Shown here one piece after another: positions 52,935 to 59,212 of a stretch of DNA of 59,212 nt. Numbering within the stretch: the stretch's first letter is position 1; each line of letters opens with the position of its first letter. Origin of the DNA: Octopus bimaculoides. Taxonomy: Eukaryota. The position numbers were made by a program, and so were the translations under genes. The notes under the pieces are model-generated. The model did no database searches, was not told the DNA's origin, and saw only the letters and a program-made list of their open reading frames with translations. The stretch is from NCBI RefSeq assembly GCF_001194135.2, contig NC_068993.1, positions 2,217,008-2,276,219 of the forward strand. Reading direction: 5' to 3'.

Positions 52935-53175
52935 TCTGGAAGATGGAGGTCTCGACAAGATTTGAACTCACGAGGAAATAATCGCGATAAATGTGTCAAG
53001 ACATCTTGCCCGATTCTCTACGACTTCTCAGACCTTAACCCCTGCTGGGTAATATAATTTATCGACACCGGAGAGATGAAAATCAAAGTTTAATTTCGCG
53101 AGATTTGAATTTAGAACGCAAGTATCTGGAATCAATATCAGAAGGCATATCGTACGATACTCTAACGGCACTGTT
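52935..53175 (-). mobile_element. Two highly diverged SINE fragments
   Basis: gatttgaactc and tttatcgacaccggagagatgaaaatcaaagt...gatttgaatttagaacg resemble the reverse of the GGCGG-head SINE. Confidence 0.5.
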
Positions 53176-53237
53176 AAAGCGATACCTACATGATAGGATG
53201 ATAGAAGCTATTTACTAAGGCATGGATATCAGCTGTG

Positions 53238-53525
53238 AAGAAGTGTGGCGTAGGGGATAGTGTAGTCGGCTCAGGTTCGTAAGGTCATGAGATCCATTCC
53301 CTGCGGCGCGTTGCTCCAGTCCACTCAGCTGGCAAAAATGAATCTTACCTGTAGTTCAAAGGGCTAGCCTTACACTCTGTGTCAGGCTAAATCTTCCCGA
53401 GAACTACATTAAGGGTACACGTGTCTGTGGTGTGCTCAGGTACATACACGTTAATTTCACGAGCAGGCAGATACATTGGTCGGATCAGCTGAAACCCTCA
53501 TCGTCGCAATCGACGGGCTGCCAGT
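53238..53525 (+). mobile_element. tRNA-derived SINE, second type, near full length
   Basis: gtgtggcgtag (box A-like), gagatccattccc (box B-like), ctccagtccactcagctggcaaaaatg...gagaactacattaagggtacacgtgtctgtgg...gaaaccctc. Confidence 0.85.
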
Positions 53526-54533
53526 TTAGATACGATATTTGTAAACAACAATAATTGTCTCCATTTTTATTCAACTGAGTATAATTTGTCATTAAAATTG
53601 TCAAAAAAGGTGGTGTTTTATTTGACTCTCCTTAAAATAATCACTGACTGTTACTTATAATTCCAGAACTATTAAAGAGGCCTCCTTTAGCGTTTATAGC
53701 ACAATTCTACTTTTTGTTTTTCTGACGCAATTGATGTTATAAGGAGTGTTGCCATCTACGTCAGATATCCAATTATACTTTTCTTTTGGAAATAAACAAA
53801 AATATTCAAAAATATGAAAGACATCAACGCTTTACTTTTATCACCCTAGGCCTCAACGTTAAATTGTACACACCTGCGTTATGTAAAAGGAAGCAAGAGA
53901 AAAGTATATCATAGCGTTGTAGGCCGGGTTAGGAATTTTTGTAAGTAATTTTTTATTTGAGACAAACGGTAAAATAGTGAAACTAGTAAAACGTTTATCG
54001 AGCTTGTGTCTGAAATTACAATGATGTTTGCTGGCTGCTAAAGATATGTTTACTATCAGCAGAAGAAGCCAAGGAAACAATTGCAAGCTGGATTGATAAC
54101 ATATCTTATGATTGTACAATCAGTCATGAGGTGTTAAAATATTGAAACAAATGGCAATATGATCTATGATAATCTTTTAAACAACGTCTTAATTTTTACA
54201 CAGCATTTGCTGCCTTCTTCAATTCTATTGGTATAAACTATCACTTCAACCTTCACAAGTACGGTATTTAGTTAGAATAATGTTACAGAGAAGCCACTTT
54301 TCCCTAACTGGAAATGCTATATGTAGTTGTCTAACGTCGTTAACTGACGCAGTTCAATTCCTTGTTTTTGAAATGAATTAAAGTTAGCAATACGAATATA
54401 CAGAAATTACTGATCCCAGTACAAGAAAATTTCTTTTAATGAAGGAGGCGAGGTATCCTCTTTGAGATATAATTACATGGAATGCAAAAATCACGGGTTT
54501 CAGAAGACCTGCTCCCTTTCTGCCCGAGGATTA

Positions 54534-55329
54534 TACATAAAGTGAGCAATGAGTAAATTGTCGCCATTTTATATTTTTAATTTCGCGCACACGCAAGGTT
54601 TGTTTTTGATTTTGATGACTACACAGTATAGTAAAGTTAGTTGGGAACCATCTGTAAAAAAAACAGCAACATGACACAATTCACTCTGCCAGAAATTTGG
54701 AAATGACATGCTGTACTGCTTGGCATTAACACTGGAAGCTTCAATACGAACATTTTAGAGTGTTTTGGAGTCAATCTGAGGACAGTACAATCTGAGGACA
54801 TGTACCAAGAATGATGAAAATCAAACATCCAGTCAACATTATGGTGTTTGGCGTGACCACTGCTGATGGCGACGTTATGCCTCCATTCATCTTCCCACAC
54901 GGCCTCAGACTCAATACGAAAGTCTACATCAAGTATCTGGAAGAGGAGGTGCCGTGTTCTGGGTGGAGAGGATTGCTACTGGAAGAGACTATGTCTGGCA
55001 ACACGGCTCTACACCATGCCGCACAGGCAGGAGAACCCAGTCATGGCTGTCAGACAATTTCTGCGACCACATCACCCCTAACATCTGGCTGATTAACTCC
55101 CCAGACTGCAGCCCCCTTGATTATTATGTGTGGAGTGCAGCTGAGCAAGAGACCAACAAAACTCCTTTTAACACCAAAAATGAACTGAAGTCAACGATCA
55201 TGGCAGCATTCACCAGCATAAAAAAGGAGATTATATGTAATTTTGGTTAATATTTCTCTTAAAATAAGATGTCAGTGTTATTTTGATTTTTGCATAATTT
55301 AGAGGAGAGTTTATTCGCCGCACCCTGTA
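54534..55329 (+). mobile_element. Tc1/mariner DD37D (maT) element, internally deleted, non-autonomous
   Basis: N-terminus MTQFTLPEIWK*HAVLLGI..GVNLRTVQ is fused to KHPVNIMVFGV...YVWQHGSTPC (QQDSAPC with D to G)...SPDCSPLDYYVW, 37 residues between D2 and D3 positions. Right end gcaccctg-TA; left end decayed. Confidence 0.9.
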
Positions 55330-55336
55330 CATGTAT

Positions 55337-55382
<46 letters not shown>

Positions 55383-55400
55383 CAGTAGTAGCAGTAGTAG
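55337..55400. repeat. (TAG)n microsatellite
   Basis: Directly visible. Confidence 0.97.
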
Positions 55401-57192
55401 TTTATGGAATGAATTTGAATGATATGATGAGATGATAATCCAAATCACTGAAGTGAATAGTCGTAATAATCTCAATGAATAATTGAGCTTTTGGATCAAG
55501 TTAATAGTGGACATGTGTATGTATGTTCTCTGTTGCTTAACGTGATGATAGGCATATACAAACGCATGCGCGTTCACACAGACATGCTATTCTTGGACAT
55601 CACATACCGCATTACTAATCTGAATGAATAGTAATCCGCTAAAAATTTACGACACTTCACCATCACCAGAAATACTGGAACAATACACGATCAAATAAGC
55701 TACTATGACTCTTTCTGATTGCATTTCTAGATTTAAATATGAGAAATACACTGGGATTTACCATGATTGTATTTATTGAAGTAAAATAATAAGGAAAACA
55801 AAATGAAAAACAAATATAATTTATATTTTATTTGAAGAATTAAAAGTTAAAATTACTTGTACACAAAATAAATATTCATTTTGTTACAATGTACTCAGTC
55901 TATATTTATTGAATAAATACAATAGTTTTGTAGCAGAGAAAAACAAAATTAAAAAGCGAAGTATTTTTAGAATGGAAAATTCTGAAATACTAATTTTGCA
56001 CGGTAAAAAGTAAGAGCAAATATAATCAAAATATTGAAGTAAAGTTAAACAAAGAACATATCAAAAGAAATTCTTTTAATATCTATAAATCAATATAAAT
56101 GTGATTTTTATATTTACTTAAATTTAATCTAGTCGACTATTGAAGAAATCGCATGAAGAATTAACTTCCTTCGTTCGTCATCTTAGCATGTTAGAATGGA
56201 TAAGTGATCAGCATTTTGATGTAATGGTCGATCAAACATTTACTCGAAATTTACTTTGCTTCCGATAGAACACAACAATGTACTGAATTATTTAAAGGAA
56301 ATGTCTATAGATTGATATTCAAGAGAGGAAGAGACAGGAATAGCACGGCCCCCACTACGTAACCTCGTGTTTATAGGAGACTATTTATAGCTGGACTTCT
56401 GCATCATGCAACCACATATAAACTGTATATAGATGCATACGCACACACGCACACACAAACACAGAGACACATACACGCACACTGGCACACACACACGCAC
56501 GCAAAATGCTCGCATTCGCTCACACACACAGTAAATAGCTACGTAGTGAGGTAGATATATAGGTATATATGTGTGTGGCAGATAGATAGATAGATGGATA
56601 GATAGATAGAAATTTAGATAAACGGAGGAACCTAGTATTAACATTTTGGTTCACGAATGCAAGGTCTATGATAAATCGGAGTACACCAAATACAAAAGGT
56701 AGTGGGAGGTAGGATTCTATACTCATGTAACTTTAACTAAGAATTTACATTGTATTTCCACATAAACATCATGTAGAACAGTTTTGACCAATTAACCAGT
56801 TGGAAAACCATGTTTGATAAAAAAATCACTTCGTCAGCTGCTGGTGAGTCAAGACACGGTTTCACATTTAGTCATAGAAAATATTTCAGTTGTCCTCATG
56901 GATGTACTGTTTATAAATCACTCCGGAACAGACAAAAGGTTTTAGAAGTACCTTTATGTACATCAAGACGATGACTGCATGGCAATCTTGTGCTGGCAGA
57001 AAAAAAAGCAGGAGGTTATAAAGCACACAAACAACGGAGCTATGTGTTAGACAGATACACACTTCCATATAAGACGGGTATTTCCAGTTCATGTATGCTG
57101 CAAGTGTACCACTTCTCAAGAGGTCGTCGGTGCTATATATGTATACTTTCATGTACGAATATGCACACACACGCATATACATACATACATAA

Positions 57193-57226
<34 letters not shown>

Positions 57227-57316
57227 GTATACATAATTACATATATCTATATATCTATATATACTTACATATGTATATATATACACACATACAAATACAC
57301 ATACACATTGACACAA

Positions 57317-57347
<31 letters not shown>

Positions 57348-57636
57348 AACACATGTTATTCGAATAATATAAAAGTATGATAGCATAGGCTCTATGTTAG
57401 TCATTAGCCTCCACTGTGGGGCGTAATTAAATATTAGTGACAAATGTACACACGATTATAATTGTCAACTAGATTTCATTACACATCGCAGCGACAGCTA
57501 ATGACTTACATAGAGCAAGCATTCTCAATTGTTGATTTCCATTACACCGAAAATATCACGCTGCTTAATGCTTCATTAATTAATATTTAATATGATTGAC
57601 GCGCAAACATATATATGCTTTTATTTGAAACTGATA

Positions 57637-57642
57637 TGTATC

Positions 57643-57723
<81 letters not shown>

Positions 57724-57800
57724 ATCTATCTATCTGGCTGTCTGTCCCTCTCTCTCTCTCTATATATATATATGTGTGTGTGTATATATATACATACATA
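57637..57800. repeat. Compound (TATC)/(TGTC)/(TC)/(TA)/(TG) microsatellite
   Basis: Directly visible. Confidence 0.95.
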
Positions 57801-59212
57801 TATGTATATATACATACACATATACACAATCTTTGTGTATGTGTGCATATATGTATGTGTGTGTGTATCAATATATATTTACAATATAAAAATACATGTA
57901 TCGATACATTTATTTATATGTGTGCATGTGTATGTGTGCATGTGAGTGGTGTGTTTGTTGAGTTTGTGTCTTTACATTTGCATGTGCGCTCGTGTTACAC
58001 ATGAACCTCACGAAGCATAAATATGACAAACTAAACAAAAAATAAACTGTCTGTATTATTCATGACAAAATACAAGTTTACGTTTTTGGGTCCAACATTC
58101 TTGTTTCGCATATATTTTTCTTGAAGAATTTGAATAAAGAATTATCGTTGACAGTTAAACGCAATTTCTCCAATTTCATTTTGTTCTATATTTACTTATC
58201 AAACCGTTTTGCAGATGGTACTGTTTTTTTTTATGCCCTTCTCTATCATGTGTTAGCTGTAATATATTTCAGCAAACTCTTAATTTCACTTCAACCACGC
58301 CTGAAAGTATTTGGTTTCGTTTTGATTTTACGTAGATGTTTATTGAGAAAAACCAGTAAAAATAATACACACAGATTTGCACACGTGTATCTGTGAGTGT
58401 GTGTGCGTGTATAAGTATTTGTGTGTATACGTGTGCATGTATACACACTAATACACATACTTGATTGTAAACACTGCATATACTCCACTTATCCTCACAT
58501 GCAGGAAGACACACTCAGTCTGATATTCGTACACACACATTCTAAGACGCGCAGTTACAGGTAAAAACATACTCACAGACGCACAGACCTACACAGCTAA
58601 AAAATGTGAAATTTTAAAATAGTTTTTGTTATATATTTTCTCTGGATTATTTCTTTTTTCCCCCAAAAGTCAGCTTCTTTGCTGCAATATCTTGCAAATT
58701 TATTTATCAAAAACATTTTCGTACATGCACATATATGTTGTGTGAGTGAGCATACCGAAATGCTTTAGTTGTGTGAATGCCTTCGATTTTGACTCTTGCT
58801 TCTTTTTTTGTTTTTATTCAGGATTCGTTGACATTTTCGCTTAAGCTTAACTCCGCATAGAACCAGTAATACCGAAATTCAAAAAGAACAAAAAATCCTA
58901 TAAAATTGCTAATATATAAAAACGTAAGAGTGTGCATAAAAAATATAGAGTAAAAAATTTCAAAATAACACAAACACACTCGGAAAAATGCTTACACATA
59001 TACAAATACATACATATAAATATATGAATATATATACAATATATATATAAAAGTAAATATATATGTAGGGAATGAGGGAAATGCGTGGGTGTGTCTGCGC
59101 GCATGTGTACATGTTTATGAGTGCGTGTATTTATATATAGATACTGGCATGCGTGTGTAGTGAAGAAGCTCGCTTTGCAATCGAAGAATTTTGGTTTCAG
59201 TTCTATTGCATG

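Noticed and set aside
56960-57030. nAChR/chemotactile-receptor M1-M2-like LLLFFLPA
   Set aside because: The hydrophobic run is the polypyrimidine tract translated; there is no Cys-loop or other receptor motif nearby.

Overview
AT-rich animal genomic DNA with six N gaps and a very high microsatellite density. The dispersed SINE and transposon families look like those of Octopus (coleoid cephalopod); that assignment is from my recall of octopus repeats, not from a search. I found no intact, nameable protein-coding gene, rRNA, tRNA or CRISPR array, and most ORF-track entries are translations of microsatellites or gaps. Supported content: about a dozen tRNA-derived SINE copies of at least two types; a decayed but near full-length hAT (hATm-like) transposase (50850-52628, minus); an internally deleted DD37D (maT) Tc1/mariner element (54534-55329); a mariner fragment and a Gypsy RNase H remnant (23110-24110); an L1/Tx1-like RT scrap; a Penelope-type scrap; and an R4/Dong-type LINE whose 5' part is inverted in twin-priming geometry against a (TAC)n tract (26926-27835). 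Several isolated stretches have good splice signals and open frames, so the window may be mostly intronic, but these candidate exons are low confidence and do not assemble into a recognisable protein. I cannot claim a new biological system. The best leads are the LINE 5' inversion, possible introns in the hAT transposase, and an F5/8-type-C-like peptide near 9.6 kb.
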